Source: Octopus sinensis (Eukaryota). From it: DNA of 64,000 nucleotides. Both the position numbers and the translations under genes were made by a program. The notes under the pieces were generated by a model. The model worked only from the letters and a program-made list of their open reading frames with translations. It was not told the origin of the DNA and did not search any database. Location: NCBI RefSeq assembly GCF_006345805.1, contig NC_043004.1:93558001-93622000 (forward strand), in the 5' to 3' direction. Every line of letters starts with the position of its first letter. Position 1 is the first letter of the stretch. Positions 1 to 11,999 of this stretch are shown one piece after another.

Positions 1-649
1 ATTATGTCATATGTAGGAAAAAGAGAAATTAAAAAAATTAGAAAAAGCAAAACAAAACAAAACAAAAAATACAGTGAGACTTATGTAGAAATTGCATACG
101 TGTTCATTGACTTTTTGTGCACATAAACTTACCATTTATGTTATCTCAGAGATGCTCTGAAATCTTATGATCTAAGAGAATCAGTATGAAATTCAAGCTC
201 CCACCCCATGAAGAATTATAGGGTTATTAATTGATAGAGAAAAGGGCACAGATTTGGTAGACCTATTACTCATTTATACCACAAATCTGTAGTTTTAATA
301 TTTTCTGACAAGTATAAATTCTGGTGTTCAGACTTCTGCTTACATAACAAAGTAATATTTGCCATCATCGTTGTTGTTTCATGTCTGATTTTGATGGTAC
401 TGCGTACTGCTGCAGCTGAGTGTTACTTTGCCCTTATTATGCAGACAGAAGTTTATAGGCTTTACAATTTGAGAATGGAGATATAATTGATTAAACTGGA
501 ACCAATAGTTGACAGAATACATTTTCTTTTATCAATGTCAAAAAAATTAAAGTCAAACTGCCAGCTCGCCGCCTTAAATGTAAATACCTCAGAATGTAAA
601 TACCACAAGGTGTTTTGTCTGATACTACAAAATCTGCTAATCACTGCAA

Positions 650-663
650 TAATAATAATAATA

Positions 664-694
<31 letters not shown>

Positions 695-870
695 CCTTCT
701 ACTATAGGCACAAGGCCTGAAATTTTTGGGGAGGTGGTTAGTCGATTACATTGACCCCATTACTCAACTGGTGCATATTTTATTGACCCCGAAAGGATGA
801 AAGGCAAAGTCAACCTCGGTGGAATTGACACACAAAATGCCACTAAGCATTTAGCCTGGCATAAAGGTAA
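650..870 (-). mobile_element. tRNA-derived SINE family C (~230 bp, (TTA)n tail); about 20 copies in the window
   Basis: Family consensus has A box TGGCAGAATCG, B box GAGTTCAAATTCC and core GCCTTTCATCCTTTCGGGGTCGATAAAATAAGTACCA, which resembles the Meta/MESC SINE core from memory. Confidence 0.8.
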
Positions 871-1168
871 AAACGAAGCTGCTTACTAGTTGATTCATCT
901 TGTCTATTTGATTCCAGGATCATAAAGAAAAAAAAGGTTGTGCCTATAATAATCGGTGCATTGGGAACTGTAAGCAAAGGTATACAGACAAATGGTTGAA
1001 GGAGATTGGAATAGAATGTTTGCCTCTTAGGGACGGGAAAAATTATAAGGAGAGTTCTAAGCACTTGAAAGACTACCGAAAGCGAGTGGATACCTAAAGG
1101 TTACAGGTAGTAACCTGCTACCCACATAAATCCTACCAGGAATAAGACCAAACATGAGCCAAATCAAT

Positions 1169-1386
1169 ACTCTCTCTCTTTTTACTTGTTTCAGTCATTT
1201 GACTGCGGCCATGCTGGAACACCACCTTTAATCGAGCAACTCGACCCCGAGACTTATTCTTTGTAAGCCCAGTACTTATTCTATCGGTCCCTTTTGCCGA
1301 ATCGCTAAGTGACGGGGACATAAACACACCAGCATCGATTGTCAAGCAATGCTAGGGGGACTAACACAGACACACATACATACACG

Positions 1387-1420
<34 letters not shown>

Positions 1421-1590
1421 CATATATATGACGGGCTTCTTTCATTTTCCATCTACCAAATCCACTCAAAAGGCTTTGGTCAGCCCAAGGCTATAGTAGA
1501 AGACACTTGCCCAAGGTGCCATGCAGTGGGACTGAACCCGGAATCATGTGGTTGGTAAACAAGCTACTTACCACAGTCACTCTTGCGCCT
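1169..1590 (-). mobile_element. tRNA-derived SINE family A (~400 bp, internal (CA)n, AGTAAAAG tail)
   Basis: Matches the copies at 5.7, 33.5, 45.0, 49.5 and 53.2 kb; A box TGGCTGTGTGG and B box GGTTCAGTCCC in the family consensus. Confidence 0.85.
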
Positions 1591-1593
1591 ATA

Positions 1594-1875
1594 CTAATAA
1601 TAATAATAATAATACTAATAACAATAATAATCCTTTCTAGTATGGGCACAAGGCCTGAAATTTTGGGTGGAGGGGACTAGATGATTACACTGACCCTAGT
1701 ACTTGACTGGTACTTATTTTATCAACCCCAAAAGGACGAAAGGCAAAGTTGATCTCAGCGGAATTTAAACTCAGAATGTAAAGATGGACGAAATACCACT
1801 AAGCTTTTTGTCCAGCATGCTTATGATTCTGCCAGCTCACCCACTGAAATAATAATAATAATAATAATAATAATG
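1594..1875 (-). mobile_element. SINE family C copy
   Basis: Full head and tail. Confidence 0.8.
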
Positions 1876-1994
1876 GTTTCAAATTTTGACACAAGGCTAG
1901 CATTTTTCAGGAGGGATAAGTTGATTATATAGACTCAAGTGCTTGTTTGTTGTTCCTGTCTTCTGTTTCTTGTACAATTTTGAACCATATATAT

Positions 1995-2427
1995 GTATAT
2001 ATACAACATCAACATCAATGGAAATTGCAGCTGTGATACCAGTGCCGGTGGCACATAAGAGAACCATCCGAATGTGGCCGTTGCCAGCGCCGCCCAACTG
2101 GCTTCCGTGCCGGTGGCATGTAAAAAGCACCATCCGATCATGGCCGTTGCCAGCCGCACCTTGGCCTCCGTGCTGGTGGCACGTAAAAAACACCATCTGA
2201 TCGTGGCCATTTGCCAGCCTCGTCTGGCACCTGTGCCGGTGGCACGTAAAAAGCACCCATTACACTCATGGAGTGGTTGGCGTTAGGAAGGGCATCCAGC
2301 CGTAGAAACATTGCCAGATCAGACTGGGCCTGGTGCAGCCTTCTGGCTTCCCAGACCCCAGTTGCACCATCCAACCCATGCCAGCATGGAAAGCGGACGC
2401 TAAACGATGATGATGATGATGATGATG
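1995..2427 (+). mobile_element. Family B RTE 3' UTR copy (4 tandem-unit starts)
   Basis: Shared core and (GAT)n tail. Confidence 0.85.
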
Positions 2428-2726
2428 ATATATATATATATTAGTTGATTTCCTTATCATTTCATTCCATTGTGCCTCCATTGTCCTAATTTTTTAGCGT
2501 TAGAGCTTGAGTTTTTTAAACTTAATTCTCTAGTCTTACTATTTTGTACTATATAATGCATATGCCATGAAATATCATGAGAAGAAAAACAATGTCTATA
2601 GTTACATACACCTAAAAGTGGAGGCCTGCTATATGCATATCTGCACATGTGCAAAAAACAAGGCAGAAGAAGGTAGCAAGGGATAATAATAAATAGTAGA
2701 GACCTGAGGCGTAACTATGATTTCAC

Positions 2727-2886
2727 TTACCTCTTATGTTTGGCTCGTTTCAGTGTGACTGTTGAGGAACATATCAATGGATACAACTTGTCACGAATAT
2801 TGTGGAATGTTCTCTCCATTTCTTTTTGGTATTCCTTTTGCTCAACTGTTATCAGTGTCTTGTTTCTTTGTAGAGCGTCCAAGCAT
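2727..2886 (-). CDS. DOCK7: DOCK7-like exon 17 (CLDALQRNKTLITVEQKEYQKEMERTFHNIRDKLYPLICSSTVTLKRAKHKR*); may instead splice onward at 2731
   Basis: Acceptor tctacag|A, phase 2; in-frame TAA at 2729-2727 overlaps a consensus donor AG|gtaagt. Confidence 0.92.
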
Positions 2887-2963
2887 CTGTAGAATAAACA
2901 GAAAAAGAAAAGATAATATATATATATACATATATATATTAATTTATAAACAACATACACATA

Positions 2964-3897
2964 CAGAGGTTGAACAAAATAAATGGAAACACTTAGTATC
3001 ATAATTTTGAAATATCTATAAAACTGTCAAAAGCTTGTTTATTTTTATGTTTTTTGATTTATTATTAGTGTTGCTTAACATGTTCTGCTAAAATTGCTGT
3101 TTCTTTTCAGATATCATCAGAAAAAGGTAATTAAAATTCATGAAAATGACAGATCTATTGGATTTTCAAAGAGGTCAAATTATTGGTGCTTGTATGGCAG
3201 GCGCTAGTGTAATGAAAACAGCTGAAATGTTTGGTGTATCCTTTGAGAAAGAAGGAAAAACCTCCTCATCAAAACAAAACTTCAGAAGAAAACCAAAACT
3301 TTCAGATAGGGACTGTTGGACTCTTACATGAATTGTTAGAAAGGATCACAAAAGTACAGCTCCCAAAATTACTGCAGAGCTTAATGTCCACCCCAAGAAC
3401 CCAGTTTCCACAAAAACTGTTCACCGGAAGCTGCACAAAGCTGGATTTCATCGGAGGGCTGCAATCAGAAAACCACTACTTTCAAAAACAAACGTTGCAA
3501 AGCGTTTAGAGTGGAGTAAAAACTTACAGAATTGGTCCCTAGAGCAGCGGAAGAATGTTACTTTCTCGGATGAGTCAACCTTTACCATATTTGCAACTAC
3601 CGACCGAGTATACATGTGGAGACAGCCAAAAAGGAGCATTTGACCCAGATTGTCTTCTTCCAACTGTTAAACATGGAGGAAGATATGATCTAGGGGGCTA
3701 TATCTTGGAAATCCAGCAGCCCAATGGTTTCCTTTCATGGCAGAATTAATAGTCAAGACTATTTAAGCATTTTATCTGATCAAAGTCATCCTATGATTGC
3801 AGAACTGTTTCCAGAGGAAAACACAATCTTTCAGGATGATAATGCACCAATTCACACAGCTAAAGTTGTTATTGAATGGCATGAGGAACATTCTAGC
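2964..3897 (+). mobile_element. Tc1-family DNA transposon relic (left TIR plus frameshifted transposase pseudogene, 3' truncated)
   Basis: TA|CAGAGGTTGAACAAAATAAATGGAAACAC terminus. Pieces translate to MTDLLDFQRGQIIGA (HTH), RKPLLSKTN, VTFSDES (first D), PTVKHGG and IFQDDNAPIH (second D). Confidence 0.9.
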
Positions 3898-4661
3898 TAG
3901 TATGAAATCAGGGATAAGAACAGGTTTCTTGATGCAGAGAAGATACATAGCTACCTTGTATTATATGAGCAAGTAGAGTAACTAAGGTGGAGCTGGACAA
4001 ATTCTGTCTGACCCATGCAAGCATGGAAAAGTGGACATTAAAACAATCATGATTTTTGATGATATATACTTTAAAAATATGAATAGAATTTACAATCAAA
4101 TTGAAAATATATTCAAGGAATAACTGACACAGCATGATCTCCATAGAGCAAAACAATTCTGAAAGAATGTAGATACTGAAGTCCAGTACTAACACCTTAA
4201 TCATTAAAACTTGTTTTCATTTCATACTGAAAGCTTCAAAATAGTAGACTGATTCAGAAAGAGACATTTAAAACAGGATTATGATGAAAGTTATAAAATT
4301 CATAACATTTTTGTTGTTGTTTAGCTCTAGATCAGCTGCCGTTGAACAAACATATGATCAAAGGCATTCCAGTAATGGCCATCCCACCATTTTCCTTCAC
4401 ACATGTCCCTCTGTTTATGTTATCCAATGTATCATTTCTTTTTTTTAAGTTGGTAACATAACATGTGATAAGAGGGAAAGTTGCCTGCTGTTTCTAGCAG
4501 ATTTAGCAAATACCTACAGATTCACTTGTTGGCTAATAATGTTTTTAGAAGATATTGATGAATCAAAAAGACAAAATAAAACTATTTTCTTATTTTCTTT
4601 TGATTAAAGTAAAAAAAGTGAAGAAAAAAAAAAAAAAAAAAAAATTGTGTGAGGATATTAC

Positions 4662-4765
4662 CGTTTCAAAAATTCTTTAAAGCACAATCTAAGTTTGTTA
4701 TGATGTTTTCCATGGGTTTGGTTTGGTTCAGCTTTAAGGAATACAAGAGCAATCTCTACTGGACC
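4662..4765 (-). CDS. DOCK7: DOCK7-like exon 16 ([35 protein letters not shown])
   Basis: Acceptor atcttcag|GGT, donor CG|gtaata, 104 nt, phase 0 to 2; [10 protein letters not shown] motif. Confidence 0.96.
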
Positions 4766-4870
4766 CTGAAGATGAAAGAAGAGAGGAAAACAATGTGAAA
4801 CCATAGTGCCACTACAGCAGCAGCAGCTTCTGCTCTTTCTTTACAGCCCCCACCCCACGGGTATATTTAA

Positions 4871-5091
4871 CCCTTTAGCATTTAAACTGGCCATATCCGG
4901 CCAAAAGTATTCTGCCTGTTTTATGTTCAAACTGGCCAGATCTGGTCTCTCACACCAGCCTTACAATATCATTTTTAAAATTAACAGCTACCTCATCAAA
5001 ATTTCATAGCTACAAGATAATGCATGATTAGTTCAAGGCAATGAGGATAAAAAGGGATTAATTTTGGTAGAATAATGCGAACACTAAAGGG
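4871..5091. mobile_element. piggyBac-type MITE, 221 bp
   Basis: TTAA|CCCTTTAG ... CTAAAGGG|TTAA. Confidence 0.88.
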
Positions 5092-5097
5092 TTAAAG

Positions 5098-5414
5098 CTG
5101 TGGTTCTCGACTGGGGTTCATATATGATTTTGGGAGGTTCACACAAAGAAAATAGTAAATTGGGGCTCTACAATAGTATTAAAGGGCCCCTGAGAAAATT
5201 TTGATTTACATGTATGTATTGGTATATATATTACAAGGAATAGGTTTCTTTTACATAGTTTAACCTACACAAGCGATTGTGTGAAAAACAAAATAAGAAT
5301 TTTGAAAGAAGTTTCCATAAAATTAGTTTTTAAACACCAAATGGCTATGGAGGTCCACCAAGATAAAATAGTAATCAAAGGGGTTCATAGATTAAAAATG
5401 GTTGAGAACCCCTG
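5098..5414. mobile_element. hAT (Charlie-type) MITE
   Basis: Termini CTGTGGTTCTCGAC / GTTGAGAACCCCTG; 8-bp TSD reconstructable as ATTTAAAG/ATTTAAAA. Confidence 0.7.
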
Positions 5415-5723
5415 ATTTAAAACCTTACTCAATGCTCTGATTTCTATTTCACATATTACTGCTTCTCACATTCTGTCTCTTACCCAACCAGACTTCATAG
5501 TAAACATGTGAGAGAGTCTCTCTTACTTCGACTTGCAGCCTGCCTGCTGCTCATATATCCTTCTTCTATTTTACCAAATGTAATCAACTATTACTTACTC
5601 TATTCTTGCTAAGTTATCGCATTCCTTGTCTTGCAGAGTTGGAAAAAGCTATGGATTGAATTTTTTTTTCCAACCAAATAAAATATTAGCTTCCATTGAC
5701 AATGTTTTAAAAACAGATTTGAT

Positions 5724-6120
5724 GCTCTTTACTCTTTTACTTGTCTCAGTCATTTGACTGCAACCACGCTGGAGCACCGCCTTTAGTCGAGCAACTCGAC
5801 CCTGGGACTTATTCTTTGTAAGCCCAGTACTTATTCTATCGGTCTCTTTTGCCGAACTGCTAAGTGACGGGGACGTCAACACACCAGCATCGGTTGTCAT
5901 GCAATGCTAGGGGGACAAACACAGACACACAAACATACACGCACACACACATATATAAGACGGGCTTCATTCAGTTTCTGTCTACCAAATCCACTCACAA
6001 GGCTTTGGTCGACCCGAGACTATAGTAGAAGACACTTGCCCAAGGTGCCACGCAGTGGGACTGAACCCGGAACCATGTGGTTGGTAAGCAAGCTACTTAC
6101 CACACAGCCACTCCTGCACC
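5724..6120 (-). mobile_element. SINE family A copy
   Basis: Full-length match to the family. Confidence 0.87.
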
Positions 6121-6676
6121 TGATGTGTTTTTTTTAAAGTTATCTTATTGATACTTGATATAAGATAGTTATTTACACACACACACTTGACATTAAATTT
6201 TCATAATAGCAATTTTATAAACAATCTTCAGTTTTAATTACAATTAATGTAAAGTCAATCAAAGTATTATTACTATATAATTGTTAGACTTGGATAATTT
6301 GTATGTTTGATAAAAGGAAAATAATTGCCATGGAGATGTACTTTGTCATAGAATGAAGGCAGATATTTTGGCAAGAATTGGAAGCACTGAACTTCTGCAA
6401 GACATAGTCAAGCAGTAAGAAACACAGTTCTTCAAACATAACCATACCATACTGAAAGATATTGAGAAAGAAACAATGATTTATAATGATAAAGCAGCAC
6501 CAATAAACAGAAGCCTTAAGTATGAAGAATATACAAATAGAAATTGGTGGTCATAAGTACTCTAGATCTACTATCCTGGCAGTTGACAGAAATTATTTTG
6601 AATGAAAGATGATGAATGACACAAGAGCAGTAGTAATATCATACCTGGTGTATAAACTGAGCAAACAAATTTACAG

Positions 6677-6997
6677 TGGCACGTAAAAAGCACCACCCGA
6701 CCATGTCCGTTGCCAGCGCCGCCCCGACTGGCCTCCGTGCCGGTGGCACGTAAAAAGCACCATCCGTCCGTGGCCATTTGCCAGCCCCGTCTGGCACCTG
6801 TGCGGGTGGCACGTAAAAAGCACCCACTACACTCACGGAGTGGTTGGCGTTAGGAAGGGCATCCAGCTGTAGAAACACTGCCAAATCAGACTGGGCCTGG
6901 TGCAGCATTCTGGCTTCCCAGACCCCAGTTGAACCGTCCAACCCATGCTAGCATGGAAAGCGGACGCTAAATGATGATGATGATGATGATGATGATG
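6677..6997 (+). mobile_element. Family B RTE 3' UTR copy
   Basis: Unit starts at 6677, 6744 and 6807; shared core; (GAT)n tail. Confidence 0.85.
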
Positions 6998-7047
6998 AAA
7001 TATATCCAAAGTTCAATACTTCAGTTTAAACCTAAATCCAGTCATAC

Positions 7048-7191
7048 CTGATTTACTGTTGTCCCAATGCAACCTTGTAGCACCATCTGTAACATCTTGG
7101 GGTCAGGTGGTTCCTGACTCAATGCAAGTGCCAATTCTTTGGTCTTCTTCTGAACGTCTTCTATTGCTACTTCAATAGGCGAAAGTATAAT
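7048..7191 (-). CDS. DOCK7: DOCK7-like exon 15 ([48 protein letters not shown]), DHR-2 nucleotide-sensor Val
   Basis: Acceptor ttttccag|ATT, donor CAG|gtatga, 144 nt; TVNQG catalytic motif. Confidence 0.97.
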
Positions 7192-7539
7192 CTGGAAAAT
7201 ATAAAGGCAATATTATAAATCAACAGCAGAGATTTTATTGTAATGTGACATTAGACATTACAAGTACCAATTTGGGACAGAAGAAGGGAAATAGACCTGT
7301 TGGCAGAATTAGGACCACAAATCTATCAACTGCCAGAGCCCGTCCTTAAATTAAGTATTATTTGAGATCTAATTTGAGAAAGAAGGAATAACGGGTACTC
7401 TCTATAGTCTAAACAGTAATGTAGTCACTCTATAAGTGATGTATCCATGACTATATGATTTATGTCCTGTTACAATACCCCTGATAATTTTCCTGTTTCA
7501 AACTGGTGTACAATGTCATACAGGCAATATGCATTTTAA

Positions 7540-7761
7540 CCCTTTTGTTACCGTATTTATTTTGAGGTGCTCTGTGTTTCGTTCAATTAATTTTAAATAT
7601 AACAAAGAAATCAGTAAAATAACTTAGTTATCATTAAGCTAGTGTTAGGAACATAGATTTCATCTAAGGTTTGGTGGAAGATTTTAATTCAAAACTTATG
7701 GAAACAAGACATTTGTACTACAGAGCTAGAGCTGGTTTCAGCCAGGTTGGTATTGAAAGGG
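7540..7761. mobile_element. piggyBac-type MITE, second family, 222 bp
   Basis: TTAA|CCCTTTTGTTACC ... GGTATTGAAAGGG|TTAA. Confidence 0.82.
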
Positions 7762-8773
7762 TTAATGACCACTATATGGAACCAGATCTAGTAATAGTTC
7801 TTCAAGACAGTCATCATTGCCTCTGGTGTGAATAACTTAGAATATTGATGAATGAGTCAGTTTCTAGACATCGAAGTAGAATGGTACCACATTTCTGGTA
7901 AACTATCTGGTTGACATCCAATTGATAAGGTCATCTTTAACTCTGATAGCTACATAAAATGGTTAAACAGTTTCTATTACAAAATACAAATTTGTCTTAA
8001 ACTAACAAGAAAATAATGAAAGAAATCTTTTTTAGTTGATTATTTGAAATAACAATTGTTTTTGGATGTTTCATCTTTTAAGGAGAAATATCTAAAGAAC
8101 TGAAAAAGTATAAATGTTTTTCTGAACTTCAAGTAGCCCCTAAAAGCCAATTTCATGGGCAAAGCAGATAAGAGATAAATTTTCCTTTATTCTACTTCAG
8201 AAGTCAATATGTCACAGGTAATATTTCAGATGATCAAGAACCATTTTCCATCAGCCAGATTTAGTGAGGTAATAATTACAAAATGCTAACAGTGGATTTG
8301 AACTCACAAAATACTTTATTGACTCTTAACCTTTATACTTATACTCAGAGCAGTGTTTCTTGAACTATGACCTATGGAGTGCTAGGAGAATGCTTTTGGA
8401 TAGATTTCAAGGTAACCATGAACTTTGATGGAATTAATTTACAGTTTCATTTTCACAAACCTTGAAATATATTTTCTTCATTAACAACTGTAAAGAACAA
8501 AATATATTATTACTTTTTAATTCTATCAATGTTTGCCATCTAAAAATGATTATTTCTCAAGAGAGTATAATCAAAGAAGTGATCTTGTAGGTTCCACCAG
8601 TCTAACAAAGAGGTCTATGGAACACAAACATACACATACAAAAAAAAAAACACACCTGATTTGAAGAAAATGATTCATAGAAGAAGAATTAGACACCATG
8701 AAGACACAAGACAGAAGAAAAGAAGGAAAAGAAAGACAGAAGCCAAAAGAAGATAAAAAGTGCTGACACAAAC

Positions 8774-8919
8774 CTGTTCCCTGTGTATAACAGCCAGTCG
8801 GGTTTTAACATAAGGAAATGCATGAGATGTTGTTAGAATAGTTTTTCTCTTGAACTGTTCATGGAGTTCTCCATGTGCACGGCCATTTTGTGTGAAAGGA
8901 GTGGCATACATAAAATGTT
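8774..8919 (-). CDS. DOCK7: DOCK7-like exon 14 ([48 protein letters not shown])
   Basis: Acceptor tttttcag|AA, donor CAG|gtttgt, 146 nt, phase 1 to 0. Confidence 0.97.
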
Positions 8920-9160
8920 CTGAAAAAATATAGCAAGTACAGAAAAGTTCAATGAAGATCAATACAATGGACAAATTAGGGATATCATAGGGTTGTGAAG
9001 AGTACTCTAACAGTAGACAACTATTCACCATGTGGACAACTTTACTTTGACCATGTTTGGCATGATGGGTTGTGGCAGGTGATGAATCACAACTTCAACA
9101 ATAACCTCATTGAAGTAGTCGATGCACCGTATGAAAATTCAAATAGTGCTGTTCTCCCAG

Positions 9161-9212
<52 letters not shown>

Positions 9213-9244
9213 GTTATCATCATTATTATCATAATTAAGTAAAT

Positions 9245-9352
9245 AAGGTGGTGAGCTGGCAGAATCATTAGCACATTGGGTAAAATGTTTAGTGGTATTT
9301 CATCCATCTTTAGGTTCTGAGTTCAAATTCCACCAAGGTCAACTTTGAAACC
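9245..9352 (+). mobile_element. SINE family C, internally deleted copy; head repeated at ~9414-9445
   Basis: AAGGTGGTGAGCTGGCAGAATCATTA occurs twice within (TTA)n. Confidence 0.7.
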
Positions 9353-9464
9353 GTTATTATTATTAGTATTATTATTATTGTTATCATCATTATTATTATA
9401 ATTAAGTAAATAAGGTGGTGAGCTGGCAGAATCATTAACACATAGGAAAATTCTTTAGGACAAT

Positions 9465-9725
9465 ACTGGATGTTTGACAAGGATATCTCCTCTCTCCAGT
9501 GCTTTTCAGCATCTTCCTGGAGAACATCATGAAGGAGACACTCCAAGACTTCCAACCGTCCACTGGAGGACGGTCCATTTCAAACCTGCACTTTGCTGAT
9601 GATATTGATCTGTTAGGAAGCAGAACTCCAGGAGCTCACCACCAAACTGGAAAAAGTATCAGGAACATATGAGATGGAAACCAGCCCAGAAAAGAGCAAG
9701 ATCCTGGGTAATAGTAACAACCAGA
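9465..9725 (+). mobile_element. LINE reverse transcriptase fragment (RTE-like)
   Basis: LSPVLFSIFLENIMKE...ISNLHFADDIDLLG contains the FADD catalytic motif. Confidence 0.8.
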
Positions 9726-10179
9726 ACACAGCAACCAAAACCTTTTCTTAGAGGTTTTGTTCATCAACTCCTTTTTTTGTCTATTTCTTCTCTTGTCTTT
9801 TGCTCTCCCCTCTGTATTTGTGCTTATGTTAGTGTGCATGCATCTATATATGTATGTATGTGTGTGTGTGTGTGCGTGTGTCTGCGCATGTCCTGATTTC
9901 TGATTTGTATAGGCCATGTGCTCAGAGCCCAAGGACTGCTTGGAGATATTAGGCATGTTATAAAAATCTGCCTAGACCATGTCTTCAATGTATGAAACTG
10001 TTAATAGCTCATAACTACATACTGTGTACATTAAACAATATTTATCTCTTACCAGATGGAATATTTTTCTGTTGACCATACCATAACAGAAAAGTAAACC
10101 ATACACACGCACACATTTACACACATGCATACACTGTTTCACCAATATCTTAAAAGAGAAAGAAAATCTTTACACATAC

Positions 10180-10270
10180 TTATGTTATAGTTCTTCTCAA
10201 AATAGGTCACCCGGTCCTTCATTTCGTAGGCATCAAAATAGGGCTCAACGTAAGTGATTTGTATATAAGC
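10180..10270 (-). CDS. DOCK7: DOCK7-like exon 13 ([31 protein letters not shown])
   Basis: Acceptor cttaccag|GCT, donor A|gtatgt, 91 nt, phase 0 to 1. Confidence 0.97.
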
Positions 10271-10479
10271 CTGGTAAGAAAGTAAAATAACATGAGGACG
10301 ACAATCTTTATAACGACAGAACTTGATAAAAGCACATTTTAATACTGACTGAGCTTGACAACAGAACTTTATAATGGTTATAGTGTAGAGAGGTTGATAC
10401 AGATAGATCTTCACGGTGGTTGTAGTGGAAGAAAGATAGATAGTAATAGAACTTCATAATGATTTTTAGAAGTAGAATG

Positions 10480-10765
10480 ACTGGCACCCGGCAGATGCCA
10501 GGACCCCTGGACTGGTGGTACGTAAAAAGCACTATCCGACTCGTGGCCGATGCCAGCGCCGCCTCGACTGGCTTCCATGCCGGTGGCACGTAAAAAGCAC
10601 CCACTACACTCACGGAGTGGTTGGCGTTAGGAAGGGCATCCAGCTGTAGAAACATTGCCAGATCAGACTGGAGCCTGGTGCAGCCTTCTGGCTTCCCAGA
10701 TCCCCGGTCGAACTGTCCAACCCATGCCAGCATGGAGAACGGATGTTAAACGATGATGATGATGA
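10480..10765 (+). mobile_element. Family B RTE 3' UTR copy
   Basis: Shared core and tail. Confidence 0.85.
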
Positions 10766-11044
10766 ACTTTTCAGTGTTATTGAGATTAATAGAAATAGAG
10801 AGAGATACAGTAACAGAGCTACAATGGCATACCTTGATGACATTAGAGCTTTACAGTGGCAGAATTTTATAGTAGTAGTTTTATGATAAATTTCTATAAT
10901 GACAGAAGTTTTAGTAATAGAATTTTAAAGCGACATAGCTTGATAGAAATGGAGCCTTACAGATATAGAGATTTGCAATAATAGAGGAAAACATGTAGTG
11001 TGTAGAATAAAGAGATAATGATAAAGATCCTTTCTGAGTTATAT

Positions 11045-11200
11045 ATACACGTAGGGCTGGTTTGCCAGTTTCTGTGGTGTATATATTCCCTACTTGGATG
11101 GGATACCAGTCTGTTGCAGGGTTACTCACTTTTGCCAGTTGGGTGAACTGGAACAATGTGAAATGAAGTGTTTTGCTCAAAAACACAATGTGTCACCTGA
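11045..11200 (-). mobile_element. SINE fragment of a further family (CCCTGC..AGACTGG.ATCCCATCCA core); tail fragment also at ~19418-19500
   Basis: TTTTTGAGCAAAACACTTCATTTCAC post-tRNA linker plus CCCATCCA core. Confidence 0.5.
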
Positions 11201-11257
11201 TTACAAAAAATTTTGGTCAGTCTGAGGCTGTAGCAGAAGACAGCCCAAGGAATACAT

Positions 11258-11770
11258 GTTAGTTAGTTAATTTTTTGGCTCAAAAAGCAAAAAGCAAGGC
11301 CATGTAGGGGGACATGGAGTTATGTACAGGGTGGTGTTCATGTAAAGAGTTCAGGCCACTTGTGGTCAAGGGAGACTTTGAACTGAGCGGTCGTCGGCAT
11401 CTTCACTATCTCGTCCGGCAGCTTATTCCACGGATCCGCAACCCGGACGAAGAAAGCCCCTCTCCTTCGATTGAGATGAAATCGTAGCAGATAGAGCTTT
11501 TCGGAGTGACCCCGCAGCCGACGCTCTGGAGCAAGAGTGAAGAACAGCTCTTTCGAGAGGTTACACTTTCCGCTTATGATGTTGTGAGCAAGAATGAGAT
11601 CACCACGGTGGCGTCGTTTTTCTAGAGAATAAAGGTCGAGTGTCTTCAGCCTTTCTTCATAAGACAAATTCTTGAGACCAAGAACCATGCGGGTAGCCAG
11701 CTTCTGGACTCTTTCGAGATGTTGTATGTCTTTGAGGAGATAAGGAGAAGAGGCTTGAATCCCGTACTAC
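11258..11770 (-). mobile_element. CR1-clade LINE 3' fragment (ORF2 C-terminus, 3' UTR, CTAA tail)
   Basis: QHLERVQKLATRMVLGLKNLSYEERLKTLDLYSLEKRR.RGDLI...WNKLP, typical of CR1 ORF2 ends. Confidence 0.88.
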
Positions 11771-11999
11771 ATAGCAGGGGTGAACCTAAAACTATTCAAA
11801 TAGGAAGCAAACTTCTTAACAACACAGCCATGTATATAGAATGATAAAAATGTCTTCCGTTTGGAGGTCAGTATTTTGTTCAATTTTCATAGCATTACAC
11901 TGTTGAGAGATAAATCTATTTCAGGATCAGGTCTACCTCAGGTAACATTTCTATATGAATTGATAGCTATTCTTATTGACACCTAGATAAAGAGAGGAG

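Noticed and set aside
462-644. Minus-strand ORF as DOCK7 terminal exon
   Set aside because: Positions ~555-650 are degenerate family C SINE head sequence, so the apparent acceptors there are repeat-derived.
2048-2260. Constant 18-bp repeat with variable 'spacers' resembling a CRISPR array
   Set aside because: Eukaryotic intron, no cas genes, the spacers are related to each other, and the array is part of a dispersed RTE LINE 3' UTR.
2074-2481. Recurrent ORFs such as MDGSTGVWEARRLHQAQSDL... (also at 6.6, 10.3, 12.2, 16.3, 31.8, 36.0, 42.3, 60.7 and 62.8 kb)
   Set aside because: Translations of repeat family B; ends and frames are inconsistent between copies.
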